DNA from: an uncultured archaeon
GTDB taxonomy: Archaea; Asgardarchaeota; Jordiarchaeia; Jordiarchaeales; Jordiarchaeaceae
Direction: 5' to 3'
Assembly: GCA_964510585.1 (NCBI GenBank)
Contig: CAZECW010000121.1
Coordinates: forward strand, 1-32,000
DNA: 32,000 nt
The translations under genes were made by a program, and so were the position numbers. Positions 16,752 to 26,087 of the stretch are shown here, piece by piece. The notes under the pieces were generated by a model that was not told the origin of the DNA, searched no databases, and saw only the letters and a program-made list of their open reading frames with translations. Numbering within the stretch: position 1 is the first letter of the stretch; each line of letters begins with the position of its first letter.

Positions 16752-18056
16752 TTAATCACTTTTCCTTAAAAATATTAGGTGTTCAGTCTTCATTCTGCTA
16801 TCCTTTTCGCCGGATGCGGGGTTTATTCCTGACTCGAACATTACATGCGAGACTATTTTATCTATAAATGTTGCCTCATGTGTCCAACCAAACTCTTTTA
16901 GATGTTCAGCAACTATCTCATCTATGGGGATGGGAGTTGTTCTTATTTTGGCAGGCCCAACAAAAATGAACATGTAGTCCTTGACATCTTCGCATAATGT
17001 GGAGAAAGCTTTTAAAATTGCATTAAAATATCTGTCGTAAAGTTCTTTAAGATAAGCTTCACTTATTTTCTCTCTAAACTCGTAGTACTTCTCTGAAAAA
17101 ATTTTAATTTTACTTACGGGTCTATAAGGGATTTCTTTTTTACTTAGTTGTCTTATGTATTGTTCATCATAACCCAACCAGAATAATTCAAGTTTTGTTG
17201 ATCGAATGTATTCTTGAGCCTGTAAATATGGGGGTGATGTAATAATCATGTTAACTTCATTTTCCAGCTTCGTTTCTAATGTGTCAATTCCTGATTTAAT
17301 CCTGTATTCAACTGGTTTTGGATTGAGATGGTTGTATTCTCGAATTTTTCTGAGGAGTGTGCGTATTTCATTACTCAGCATGGTATAAAATTTTGATTTC
17401 CAATCTGTCTTTAAAAGTTCTTCTATTTTCTTTCTGGAAAATTTTGATCTGTATAATTTGTGTACTTTCTCATCACTATAGGAGAAGTACTTGGTTACTT
17501 TAAGTAATGGTACTAATAGTAAATACTTAGATTCGTCGTTTAATGAGTGGGCAAAACCCCAAGCTTTGGAAAGTATAGAGAGGAACTCCTCAGGAAACCA
17601 ATATTCCAGGTTAGACCATTTAGGAGCAAATTCTTCTTTTGAACTTTTGATGTTTTGCATTAATTTTGGAATGTTTATTTCTGCCTTCCTCATGATGGCG
17701 GTATCATGAATTACGTTAATAATTGGATTCAAGTCCCACAATTCATAGTCATACCCATAAACTCGGGATACCACTCCGACTGTACCGTAGCCCGCAAAGG
17801 GATCGAACACTTTCATGCCTGGATTAGCGTATTCCTTTAGGATGTAAGCGATAATTTGAGGAATAAATTTGGCGGGATATTTATAAATTGAGAATGTGCC
17901 ATATGTGGTTGTTGGAATTTCGGGTATCGTATTCCTAAAAAGTATAGGAATTTTTTTGGGTGAATCAGTTAAAATTTCAGAAGCGTACTCTTTATTTCCG
18001 ATGTCTTTACCGGAGTTTAAGGGCAATTGACGGTGCCTTTTTTTTCCCTCATACAT
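16752..18056 (-). CDS. DNA amino-methyltransferase, probably N4-cytosine type
   Basis: YKYPAKFIPQ, motif I DPFAGYGT, then motif IV ITSPPY. Confidence 0.9.
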   Translation of the reverse strand: MYEGKKRHRQLPLNSGKDIGNKEYASEILTDSPKKIPILFRNTIPEIPTTTYGTFSIYKYPAKFIPQIIAYILKEYANPGMKVFDPFAGYGTVGVVSRVYGYDYELWDLNPIINVIHDTAIMRKAEINIPKLMQNIKSSKEEFAPKWSNLEYWFPEEFLSILSKAWGFAHSLNDESKYLLLVPLLKVTKYFSYSDEKVHKLYRSKFSRKKIEELLKTDWKSKFYTMLSNEIRTLLRKIREYNHLNPKPVEYRIKSGIDTLETKLENEVNMIITSPPYLQAQEYIRSTKLELFWLGYDEQYIRQLSKKEIPYRPVSKIKIFSEKYYEFREKISEAYLKELYDRYFNAILKAFSTLCEDVKDYMFIFVGPAKIRTTPIPIDEIVAEHLKEFGWTHEATFIDKIVSHVMFESGINPASGEKDSRMKTEHLIFLRKSD

Positions 18057-18483
18057 CAGTATTCACTTTTTATTTTAAATAATTAGGAGTACAATTTTTA
18101 CTTATGTTTTACATTTTAAATTCTATTAAGAGCTATCTCCCAATATACGTATAGAGTAATCTTTCTTAAATCTTTCATCGTGAGAAGAATATAAATCTCT
18201 CTCGTCCTCGAATTTTATACATTGCAATTGCAACTACTCAAATAAAGTAACTATATTTAACTAAGCCATCTATTCGTGTAGAACGCTTTCTTAATAAACT
18301 CCCCTATTTTAAACTTATTTTGAGTAAAGCGTTTCTTACAACGGAATGGAGGAGAATGAAAAAAATATTTAACAGGTAACTGAAGGGAGTATGGAAAAGC
18401 GATAAGTAATGTGAGAAGTAGTAAAAATAAAAGAGAGATAAGAGGGTTTCTGTTATTTAGAGCAATAAGCATAGGTGGTAAAA

Positions 18484-19410
18484 TTAGATATGAGTGTTCA
18501 GCCAATCTATGACGTTTTGTATTACTTCTACCCTATTGATTTCATTGAATAATTCGTGGCGGCCGCCTAGATATACTTTGAATGTGACATCTTTTATTCC
18601 AAGTTCCTTGAAGCGTTTAAATAGGGCTTCAGCGCCCTTCCCCATCCCGCTTGCAGGATCCATACTTCCCACAAAAATGTAAATAGCCAGATTCTTGGGT
18701 ATTCTCTGAAGTTTTTGAGGATCCCCTATTGCAAACATTCCCTTAGCTAGTTCTATTAGGGAGCCGTACGAGAAGGCAAAACCGCTTAAGGGGTCATCAA
18801 TGTATTTCTGTACTTCAGCCTCGTCTCGGGTGAGCCATTCAAACCCGGTTTTGGCTGGCTGGAATGGTTCATTAAAGGCTTTAGTTAGTTCGCTGAATTC
18901 TTCCGCGGGAGCGTCTAATCCTTTCTCCTCAATTAGGCGTTGAACGCTCCCCAAATCTATTCCCGCTGGCAATTTTAATGGCTCTCCCGTTGTTCCAGTT
19001 AAGAGCACCCCTCTCAGCTCGTTGCCCCAATTTTGAATGTAGCACTGGGCCAAAAGGGACCCCATTGAGTGCCCCAAGAGAAAAATGGGAAGACCAGGGT
19101 AATCCTTTTTAATTATGTCTGTTAATTCTTTTAAATCTTGAACCATGCCTTCCCAGTCGCCTGGACCAAGTTTTCCAAGTCTACCCATATTTTGCCCTGT
19201 TTTGCCATGCCCCCTATGATCATCGGCATATACTGCGTATCCTGCCTTGGCGAGGGCTTCTCCAACGTGAGCGTATCTTCCAGCGTGCTCCGCTCCACCG
19301 TGTACAATTTGAACCACAGCCTTAATTTTAGTTTTAGGCTCGGGCAACCATTTATAGACAAAAATTTCAATACCATCTCTATTTTTGAATGTAAACATTT
19401 CTCCCACCAT
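18484..19410 (-). CDS. Alpha/beta hydrolase (lysophospholipase / monoacylglycerol lipase type)
   Basis: VHGGAEH, DHRGHG, nucleophile GHSMG, GSMDP and RHELFNE. Confidence 0.92.
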   Translation of the reverse strand: MVGEMFTFKNRDGIEIFVYKWLPEPKTKIKAVVQIVHGGAEHAGRYAHVGEALAKAGYAVYADDHRGHGKTGQNMGRLGKLGPGDWEGMVQDLKELTDIIKKDYPGLPIFLLGHSMGSLLAQCYIQNWGNELRGVLLTGTTGEPLKLPAGIDLGSVQRLIEEKGLDAPAEEFSELTKAFNEPFQPAKTGFEWLTRDEAEVQKYIDDPLSGFAFSYGSLIELAKGMFAIGDPQKLQRIPKNLAIYIFVGSMDPASGMGKGAEALFKRFKELGIKDVTFKVYLGGRHELFNEINRVEVIQNVIDWLNTHI

Positions 19411-19669
19411 TGTAAGTATTGGAGGATGTAGAATTGATCGGCTTTGGTTCTTATTTCGTGTCTCTAAATTGGAAAGAAACCGTATAAATGCTCCTTTTTT
19501 TTAAAATGAAGCCGAACTTTTCTGCATCACCTTAGTAGTGGTTAGAGATATTTTTAAATCTTTTATTATTAGACTTTTATTAGAGTTGGGTTCCATTTTT
19601 TAAAGGGAAGGTTAAAGTTCTACTGTTAATTATAGTATTTGGATTTGGTTTCTATTAGGGTGTTATGAA

Positions 19670-20161
19670 TTGTCGCAGAGTGAAGTTGAAGGTTTACGAA
19701 GGCTCCAAAGCATAATTGGCGAGGTTCTTTTGGAGGTTGGCCCAAAAACAGTTGAACCAGATGTGGATATCCTTAAGCGTTACTGTGAAACTATTGGGGA
19801 GACTAACCCTGTTTATTTCGATGTTGATGCTGCTAAAAGTTTTGGTTATCGGTCGGTGATTGTTCCCCAGTCCTATCTTCTCACCCTGTTTGTTCCCATT
19901 GTGAATGAGTTTTTCGCAAAGGGGTTTGAAAGGCTATTTTCGGGCCTAATTAGGGGCGTCATACACACGGAGTCCTATGTTGTCTACTATAAGCCTTTAT
20001 TTGCTGGGGAAAAGTATGTTCTGCGTCTTGAAAGCGAGCGACTTGAGAGAAAGAGTGGGAAAAAGGGGGACTACTACGTTTGGACTCTGAAAACTACTGT
20101 TTCCAGTGAGGATGGAGAAGATTTAGCCTACGACCAACACACATTCTTCCTCAAAATATGA
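19670..20161 (+). CDS. MaoC/hot-dog dehydratase-like protein (FAS1-dehydratase N-terminal type)
   Basis: YCETIGETNPVYFDVDAAKSFGY, IVP, IHTE and PLFAGE motifs. Confidence 0.8.
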   Translation: MSQSEVEGLRRLQSIIGEVLLEVGPKTVEPDVDILKRYCETIGETNPVYFDVDAAKSFGYRSVIVPQSYLLTLFVPIVNEFFAKGFERLFSGLIRGVIHTESYVVYYKPLFAGEKYVLRLESERLERKSGKKGDYYVWTLKTTVSSEDGEDLAYDQHTFFLKI

Positions 20162-20179
20162 AAAGGGGGGACTCCAAAA

Positions 20180-20617
20180 ATGGGTAAAAGAAAGATAAAG
20201 TTTGAGGATATTCATGAAGGAGACGAGGTTCCTCCACTCAGGCTAAAAATGGATAGGCAAGCCTATTTTGACTACTCAGCAATGGTTAATGAAATAAATC
20301 CTCTGCACTTCGACGAGCAATACGCCAAAAGTTTAGGTTTCCGAACCATAGTGGTCGCCGGAGTCTACACCTACTCTTTCATCCCCAAAATGTTCGCCGA
20401 CTGGCTCAAAGACCCCCAATGTGTTAAGAGCATAGAAATCAGGTACCTCTCCCCAATATACATAGAAGATGAAATAGTGAACAGGGCAGTAATCAAAAGA
20501 AAATACACACGGGAAGATGGAGAAAAAATTGTGGAGTGCGACTTCTGGGTAGAAAACCAGGAAGGCCAGAAAGTAACCGAAGGAAAAGCAACAATCACAT
20601 TTAAACAGCAAGCCTAG
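20180..20617 (+). CDS. MaoC-family (R)-specific enoyl-CoA hydratase subunit
   Basis: NPLHFDEQYAKSLGFRTIVVAG and SPIYIED; 18 nt downstream of the partner hot-dog gene. Confidence 0.88.
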   Translation: MGKRKIKFEDIHEGDEVPPLRLKMDRQAYFDYSAMVNEINPLHFDEQYAKSLGFRTIVVAGVYTYSFIPKMFADWLKDPQCVKSIEIRYLSPIYIEDEIVNRAVIKRKYTREDGEKIVECDFWVENQEGQKVTEGKATITFKQQA

Positions 20618-20823
20618 AGTGAAAGGCACCCCCAAGACTGTCCCTCATAAAAATAGAACATGAAAACAGATACGGAAACTTGCAGGAATCATAGAGCGGG
20701 TATGGATGGTGACTAAGCCGAGGGACGAGTTTGTTATGGATTAATATTTTAAAAGCATTTTTTTATTAGGGGATTGTTATTCGGGGGGGAGAGGGTTGAT
20801 TAATTTTTATGTTTCTGATGTTT

Positions 20824-21101
20824 TTGACACTCTCCGCGACTAAAGTCGGGAGATTCTTGCTTCTGGCTCATCGGGAGCCTTCGAAGCAATGGGTGTGCCA
20901 TCACCCAGTTAACACGCCCTTCCCTCAAGGGAACGGCGTCTATGTTGGCACCCTTCATGGGGGCTGCGTCTTGTTTAGCCCCTTAAAGCCCAAGCCAAAC
21001 CCTTCAGCTACCAACAACTATTTATATACCCTACTTTCAAATAAACTTTTTGGCGATTCATCCCCACGACTTGAAGTCGGGGGCTTTCTCGCCAAGGTTT
21101 T
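20824..21101 (-). mobile_element. Complete 278-bp non-autonomous IS200/IS605 (IS608-like) element
   Basis: Left end TTAC|...AAAG-CCCCCGAC-TTCAA-GTCGTGGGG; right end GAAT-CTCCCGAC-TTTA-GTCGCGGAG-AGTG-TCAA|. Same AAAG/TTAC and GAAT/TCAA pairs as IS608. Residual frame ends QESPDFSRGECQ, resembling TnpB tails. Excision restores an in-frame host 3' end. Confidence 0.9.
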
Positions 21102-21726
21102 GTAATTTGTTCTTCACCATTTCTCTGATTAGTTGTTGGATGTCGTTTAGAGCTGGGGGTCTTACAAGGAAAACCTGTATGTCGGTTGATAGTTGTGGTT
21201 GGATGTGCATTCTGTATTCGTCGCTCATGATTAACATGCCGGCTTCTCCTTCCTTTAGGGTTTCGTTTATCTTTTTTACGATATGTTCATCTCTCCTGTC
21301 GCTGACATCCCGGTAATATTCGAGGACTTTGTCCGCTACCTTTTTGCTTCTCCCAACCACTGATAAAGCCATAAGCCAATCCGTATACTCGTCGAAAAGG
21401 TCTCTATCTTCAAGCGCTTGGATTTCGGCTCCCTGCTCATACTTAGATTTGACGAGCTGATAGCTTTTCTCATTAAACTGCCTAATAGCCTCTAGTCCTT
21501 CTTCTCCTGAAGAAAAAATACCTTCATGGTATATTTTGCTGACCTTGCCCGCTTTTTCCAGTCCGTTTATATGTTCGGCGACCTGGTCCCAGTAGAGATT
21601 ATATTTTTCCTGGTATTGTTGGGGTGCGTCTTTAATGTTTATTAGTAGGGGGACGCAGTATAGTTTTCTCTCTCCCTTAAATTTGTCCACTGAAGGTTTC
21701 GCTATTCTACCCAGCGTTTCCGCCAT
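21058..21726 (-). CDS. Conserved hypothetical protein whose last codons derive from the inserted element
   Basis: Long ORF with plausible soluble composition (RKLYCVP, KIYHEG, ALED). Reads through TTAC into the element and stops at TGA 21058-21060. Confidence 0.8.
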   Translation of the reverse strand: MAETLGRIAKPSVDKFKGERKLYCVPLLINIKDAPQQYQEKYNLYWDQVAEHINGLEKAGKVSKIYHEGIFSSGEEGLEAIRQFNEKSYQLVKSKYEQGAEIQALEDRDLFDEYTDWLMALSVVGRSKKVADKVLEYYRDVSDRRDEHIVKKINETLKEGEAGMLIMSDEYRMHIQPQLSTDIQVFLVRPPALNDIQQLIREMVKNKLQNLGEKAPDFKSWG

Positions 21727-21912
21727 TCTCAAATCCCCACTTTGACTAAATACCTCAAATTTTTAAATTTTTCACCCAAAATTCCAAAAAGGGGGCAAAC
21801 AATTTAACACATAAAAAAGGGCGCAAAAGATAGTTTTCCAAAGAAGCTTTAAGGTTAGTGGCTTCGAATTAGGTATGAGATGAAATGATTCAGTTTGATG
21901 GAGTGTGTGATT

Positions 21913-22677
21913 ATGGAAGATAAGGTTTTGGAAGAACTTAAAATGAAGTACGAACGTAACGCTCCCAAACTTTTTGAACGACTATTTTCATACTTGTCCA
22001 TCGCATCCATAATTTCTATTCTCCCCATCATTGCCATAAGCTATTTCCTTCTAGAAGTGGCCCCGGTAGATGTTCCCTGGTACTTGATAGTTTCCCTGGC
22101 TCCAGTCTACGTGGTCATAGCCAAATGGGTTTTCAACTGGGTTCTGATGCTTCTGGCAAGAGTATCAATTAGACCAGTGCAAGAAGGGGAATACGAGATG
22201 GATATGAAAAATGAGAATGTCCGAAACTGGCTAATTAACGGAGTGGTTACTAGGCTGGCCCTTAACTATTTTGGAACGAAGCCCTTCGGTATGCCCGCAC
22301 TGGGAGTGTACCCCTTAAGAATACTTGGAGCAAAAATGGGGTACGGAACCCAGGCCAATATTGTCACCGACCCCTACCTAGTAGAGTTCGGCGACGGAAC
22401 CATAGCTGGCGCAGGATCACTAGTCACCAGCCACGCATTCGTGGGTGGAAGACTCATAATAGGAAAAGTCAAAATAGGGAGAAACGTAACCCTAGGAATT
22501 TACTCGGTAATACTTCCAGGAGTAGAAATTGGAGACAACAGTGTAGTCGCCCCCCTATCCACAGTAGCCAGCAAAACACGCATTCCACCAAACCAGTTCT
22601 GGGCGGGAAATCCAGCCCGCAAGGTGGGAATAGTAACCAAGAGTGGAAAAATTAAGATACTAGAGGAAGGGAGCTAA
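21913..22677 (+). CDS. Membrane-anchored left-handed beta-helix (hexapeptide repeat) acyltransferase-like protein
   Basis: Two N-terminal hydrophobic helices, LGAKMG, repeats VKIGRN/VTLGIY/VILPGV/EIGDNS/VVAPLS and WAGNPAR. Start 21913 follows GTGAT; alternatives 21895 and 21898. Confidence 0.8.
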   Translation: MEDKVLEELKMKYERNAPKLFERLFSYLSIASIISILPIIAISYFLLEVAPVDVPWYLIVSLAPVYVVIAKWVFNWVLMLLARVSIRPVQEGEYEMDMKNENVRNWLINGVVTRLALNYFGTKPFGMPALGVYPLRILGAKMGYGTQANIVTDPYLVEFGDGTIAGAGSLVTSHAFVGGRLIIGKVKIGRNVTLGIYSVILPGVEIGDNSVVAPLSTVASKTRIPPNQFWAGNPARKVGIVTKSGKIKILEEGS

Positions 22678-22746
22678 CCCCAAAGAAAACCTAAAAGCCC
22701 AAGCATCCCTGTACATGGATATTAATCTTATAAAGAGCCTAAGTTT

Positions 22747-23070
22747 CTACTCTAGTTTAAGTTCCCTTTTCAGCCATTCCAGATAGTTTTTACTACCTTC
22801 GACAATGGGGATAGCTATTATTTCTGGTGTCTCGTATGGATGTACTTCTTTAATTGCCTTTTCAAGCTCGTTAAACAAGGATTTTTCACTCTTAATGAAG
22901 CATAGCCACTCTTCTGCGATCTCCACCTTGCCCTTCCACCAGTAAGTGCTTACTACTGGTCCAACTATCTGGACACAGCCAGCAAGTCTCTTTTCCACCA
23001 ACGCCCTAGCTATCTTCTCAGCCTGCTCCCTTTTCTCCGTAGTCGTAAATACTTGAATGTATTCATCCAT
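22747..23070 (-). CDS. cutA: Divalent-cation tolerance protein CutA
   Basis: LVEKRLAGCVQI, STYWWKG and HPYETPEII. Confidence 0.97.
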   Translation of the reverse strand: MDEYIQVFTTTEKREQAEKIARALVEKRLAGCVQIVGPVVSTYWWKGKVEIAEEWLCFIKSEKSLFNELEKAIKEVHPYETPEIIAIPIVEGSKNYLEWLKRELKLE

Positions 23071-23101
23071 AATGTATCGTCTCCTTTTTTTTGCTGCTTA
23101 C

Positions 23102-23447
23102 CAAAAATTTGACAAGCCCAGAGTTTCAAACTCTGTAATGAATTGTTAATGGTCTTAAATATAATGCAATGTACATAAAATTTTTGATGTGGTCTCGGGT
23201 GTCCAAAGATTGAAAAAAACTAGGCTCCAGAACAAAAAGCGGGAAAAGAAGATTCAAGCAAAAATATAGGGCTTGCTCAAGGAGAAAGACTACTGAAAGA
23301 AATCGCCTGGCAGGCCTACTGGCACAGCCCCTTTGCATATAGCCTATAATCAGTGAAAAGGGGGAATGCCAAGTAGGTGTGCCTCCAAGCATTAATAATT
23401 TGTCTTTTTGCAAGAATTCACCGACTTAGAGTCGAGGAGAGTGCCAA
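23102..23447 (+). mobile_element. Degenerate 346-bp IS200/IS605-derived element
   Basis: TTAC (23098-23101), then caagcc-cagagt-ttcaa-actctg-taatgaat (left-end hairpin with the same TTCAA loop). Right end gcaagaattcaccgacttagagtcgaggagagtgccaa aligns with gcaagaatctcccgactttagtcgcggagagtgtcaa of the 20824 element. Confidence 0.7.
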
Positions 23448-23488
23448 TCCATAGGAATTTATATTAAAAAGTAAATAAGATAAAAATT

Positions 23489-24328
23489 ATGAGAGCTCAA
23501 GTTTCTCTTACACCTACCGAGTCGAAGAAGCTCATTGCTAAGGCGATAGTGAAACTGGATGTTGTTCAAAAGGCTTTAATTAATGGGACTATCATCATCC
23601 ACCCCAGTACAACTACAAGCTTCATTATGGAAGAGTTAGGGAAGAAGACCCGAGGTATAGCTTGTGGGGTGATTACTCCTCGAGGCACATGCTTTGCCCT
23701 AGAGGCTATCGAAGATTTCAACTTAGCGGAGGGAATATATGCCCCAGAACTTTTTATGCCTTGGGTGTTAAAAAATGGCGAGGTGCTAAACAAGGTAACC
23801 TACAAAAAAGCGCTCAGTGAAATAGGACCTGAGGATGTTTACATAAAAACTGGCAATGCACTAGACCCCCAAGGAAATGTAGGAGTACTTATCGGTAGCA
23901 GGGCAGGTGGCACCGTTGGGGTGGCTTACATGGTATGCAGGGCTAGAGGTACCCACATTATTCTTCCCATTGGATTGGAGAAGCTGATACCTATCCCAGT
24001 TAGGGAGGCTTCAAGAGAGGCGGGAATAGAGAGGATGGATTATTCTATGGGGCTCCCTGTTGGACTGTTTCCCATAGACGGGACTGTTATTACTGAAGTT
24101 GAGGCGATTAAAATTCTAAGTGGAGCTACGGCTATACCTATTAGTGCGGGCGGAATTATGGGAGCGGAGGGGGCAGTAACTCTTGTCATAAAAGGTGATG
24201 AAAAATCGGTTGGAGAAGCTATAAGGATAGTTGAAGAAATTAAGGGAGCCCAGCTGGCAAAGGTAAAATTACCTGAATGTTCTATCTGTCCAATTCTGAA
24301 ATGTTCCCTGAAAAAGAAAATTTCCTAA
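23489..24328 (+). CDS. Conserved hypothetical protein (possibly NagB/RpiA/CoA-transferase-like fold)
   Basis: LTPTESKKLIAKA, KTGNALDPQGNVGV, GGTVG and PIGLEKLIP motifs; C-terminal CxxCxxxxC. Fold assignment tentative. Confidence 0.7.
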   Translation: MRAQVSLTPTESKKLIAKAIVKLDVVQKALINGTIIIHPSTTTSFIMEELGKKTRGIACGVITPRGTCFALEAIEDFNLAEGIYAPELFMPWVLKNGEVLNKVTYKKALSEIGPEDVYIKTGNALDPQGNVGVLIGSRAGGTVGVAYMVCRARGTHIILPIGLEKLIPIPVREASREAGIERMDYSMGLPVGLFPIDGTVITEVEAIKILSGATAIPISAGGIMGAEGAVTLVIKGDEKSVGEAIRIVEEIKGAQLAKVKLPECSICPILKCSLKKKIS

Positions 24329-24445
24329 AAGAAATGTAGTTTACGATAAATTCATGCAGCCTTTTCCAAGTTATTTCCCAAGAAAAAGAGAATCACATCT
24401 GTGATGGTTTATTTCGAGTTTTCGAGCAACATAATGGTGTGAATG

Positions 24446-25918
24446 TTACTCCTGCTTGTTTTTCTTCTCTTTTTCTAGGTTCTTTTGGTATTCATACATT
24501 TTTGCTAAAACTTCTGCCGCTGTTTCCAGTGTAGAGTAGGCGGGCACCCCACATTCTAGAACCTTTTTTAAAGTTCCGGGGTCTGTCGTGAGGGTAACTG
24601 CTACAATGGGTTTATGGTACCTGTCTATTAGGTTTCTTACTTCCTCTGCCACCTTTTTGGCTGCTCTGTCTGACCAAGTTTCATCCGAATTCTCCTTATC
24701 TCTGTGTAAGAGTTTAAATATGGATGAACCGATACTTCTACCCAAAATGAAACCCGAGGCAATGATGGCGTCGATGTTGTCCAGCTTCGCTACTTCTTCT
24801 ATGACTTTGGGTTGAACCTCTCGATTAATATACCCCACTAGGTCTACTGGATTCCCTCTGCTCCAGTAAGAGGGGAGCAGCTGATCTATTTTCTGGACTG
24901 CTTCGGGGGGAAGGGGAGGAACCTCTAAACCAGCTAATTCGCAGGAGTCTGAGGCAACTACTCCGTATCCTCCACCCCAGGTAACTATTCCCACTCTTTT
25001 TCCCTTAGGCAGTGGTAGGTAGAGGAAGCCCACTGCTAGGTCGAGCATCCCGTTTATTGTGGAGGACCTTATTGCACCGGACTGCTTTATGGCGGCCTCA
25101 AATATCCTCGTAGAACCCGCTAATGCTCCACAGTGGGATTTGGCGGCGCTTGAACCCGCCCTAGAAACAGCAGCCTTATAAACAATTACCGGTTTTTTCT
25201 CCTTAACACGTTTCACCAGGTCTACGAATTTTCGGCCCTCACGCACGCCTTCCACGTACATGAGTATAACTTTTGATTTGGGCTCTTGACCAAAATATTC
25301 TAGGTAGTCTAGAGAGGATATGTCTGCTTCGTTACCGCTGCTTACAAACTTGCTGAAGCCTATTCCCTGCTCACTGCCAAAGGCTAGTAGGTTAGTTCCA
25401 ATGTTTCCACTCTGAGAGATTAGGGAGACCTCTCCCGCCTTGGGAAGGATGGGGGGCATAAGGGCTGAGAGGCTGACTGAAGCGCTGTAAATTCCCATAC
25501 TGTTGGGGCCAACGAGAAGCATTCCTCCCCCACGTGCAATTCTAACAATTTCCTGCTCCCGTTTCTCACCTTCTTTTCCAGTTTCCTTAAATCCCCCCGA
25601 AATAACTATAGCAGATTTTACATTGCTCTCCACACATTCCTCAATGTGCTGGGGAACTGTTTCCGCGGGTCTGGATATAACGACCAAGTCCACCTGTTCC
25701 GGTATATCTTTAAGGCTGCGGTAAACCTTCAAGCCCCAGATTTTCTCTTCGGTGGGATTAATAAGATACAACCTACCCTTATACCCATTGGCCAGGATGT
25801 TTGCTGGTATAATCCAGCCATACTTTGAAGGATTGTTTGAGGCCCCAATCATAGCCACACATTTTGGCTCAAAAATGGGACTAAGATCCCTAACAGTTTT
25901 GCCCATGTAAAACACCAT
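24446..25918 (-). CDS. acdA: ADP-forming acyl-CoA synthetase, alpha subunit
   Basis: IGAS, ISGGFKE, GPNSMG, SQSG, SSGNEAD, YVEG, phospho-His motif SHCGALAG and NPVDL. Confidence 0.92.
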   Translation of the reverse strand: MVFYMGKTVRDLSPIFEPKCVAMIGASNNPSKYGWIIPANILANGYKGRLYLINPTEEKIWGLKVYRSLKDIPEQVDLVVISRPAETVPQHIEECVESNVKSAIVISGGFKETGKEGEKREQEIVRIARGGGMLLVGPNSMGIYSASVSLSALMPPILPKAGEVSLISQSGNIGTNLLAFGSEQGIGFSKFVSSGNEADISSLDYLEYFGQEPKSKVILMYVEGVREGRKFVDLVKRVKEKKPVIVYKAAVSRAGSSAAKSHCGALAGSTRIFEAAIKQSGAIRSSTINGMLDLAVGFLYLPLPKGKRVGIVTWGGGYGVVASDSCELAGLEVPPLPPEAVQKIDQLLPSYWSRGNPVDLVGYINREVQPKVIEEVAKLDNIDAIIASGFILGRSIGSSIFKLLHRDKENSDETWSDRAAKKVAEEVRNLIDRYHKPIVAVTLTTDPGTLKKVLECGVPAYSTLETAAEVLAKMYEYQKNLEKEKKNKQE

Positions 25919-26087
25919 TTTAGTGTAAATGTTAAATCAGATGAGAAACCAAATTGTTCGTGCCGCCGTAACATAAATTTTCGGCCCATTAACTCTTTAC
26001 AAAATTCTTAAAATATATTTCTTCCAGTCAAAAAACAAAAATAAAAAAGATTTTTGTAAAGAGGACGAAAAGCTTTAGGGGAAATCT

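Noticed and set aside
18257-18505. 82-aa hydrophobic ORF between the hydrolase and the methyltransferase
   Set aside because: Overlaps the hydrolase stop, and its hydrophobicity follows from a pyrimidine-rich intergenic strand. No R-M controller helix-turn-helix is visible.
20809-21105. 98-aa plus-strand ORF and 52-aa minus-strand ORF at the mini-element
   Set aside because: Both are explained by element sequence. The minus frame is at most a TnpB tail remnant.
23126-23413. 95-aa minus-strand ORF
   Set aside because: Lies wholly inside the degenerate IS605-type element and has no protein motif.
24446-25918. AcdA alpha subunit without an adjacent beta subunit
   Set aside because: Separate alpha and beta genes at distant loci are normal for archaeal ADP-forming acyl-CoA synthetases.
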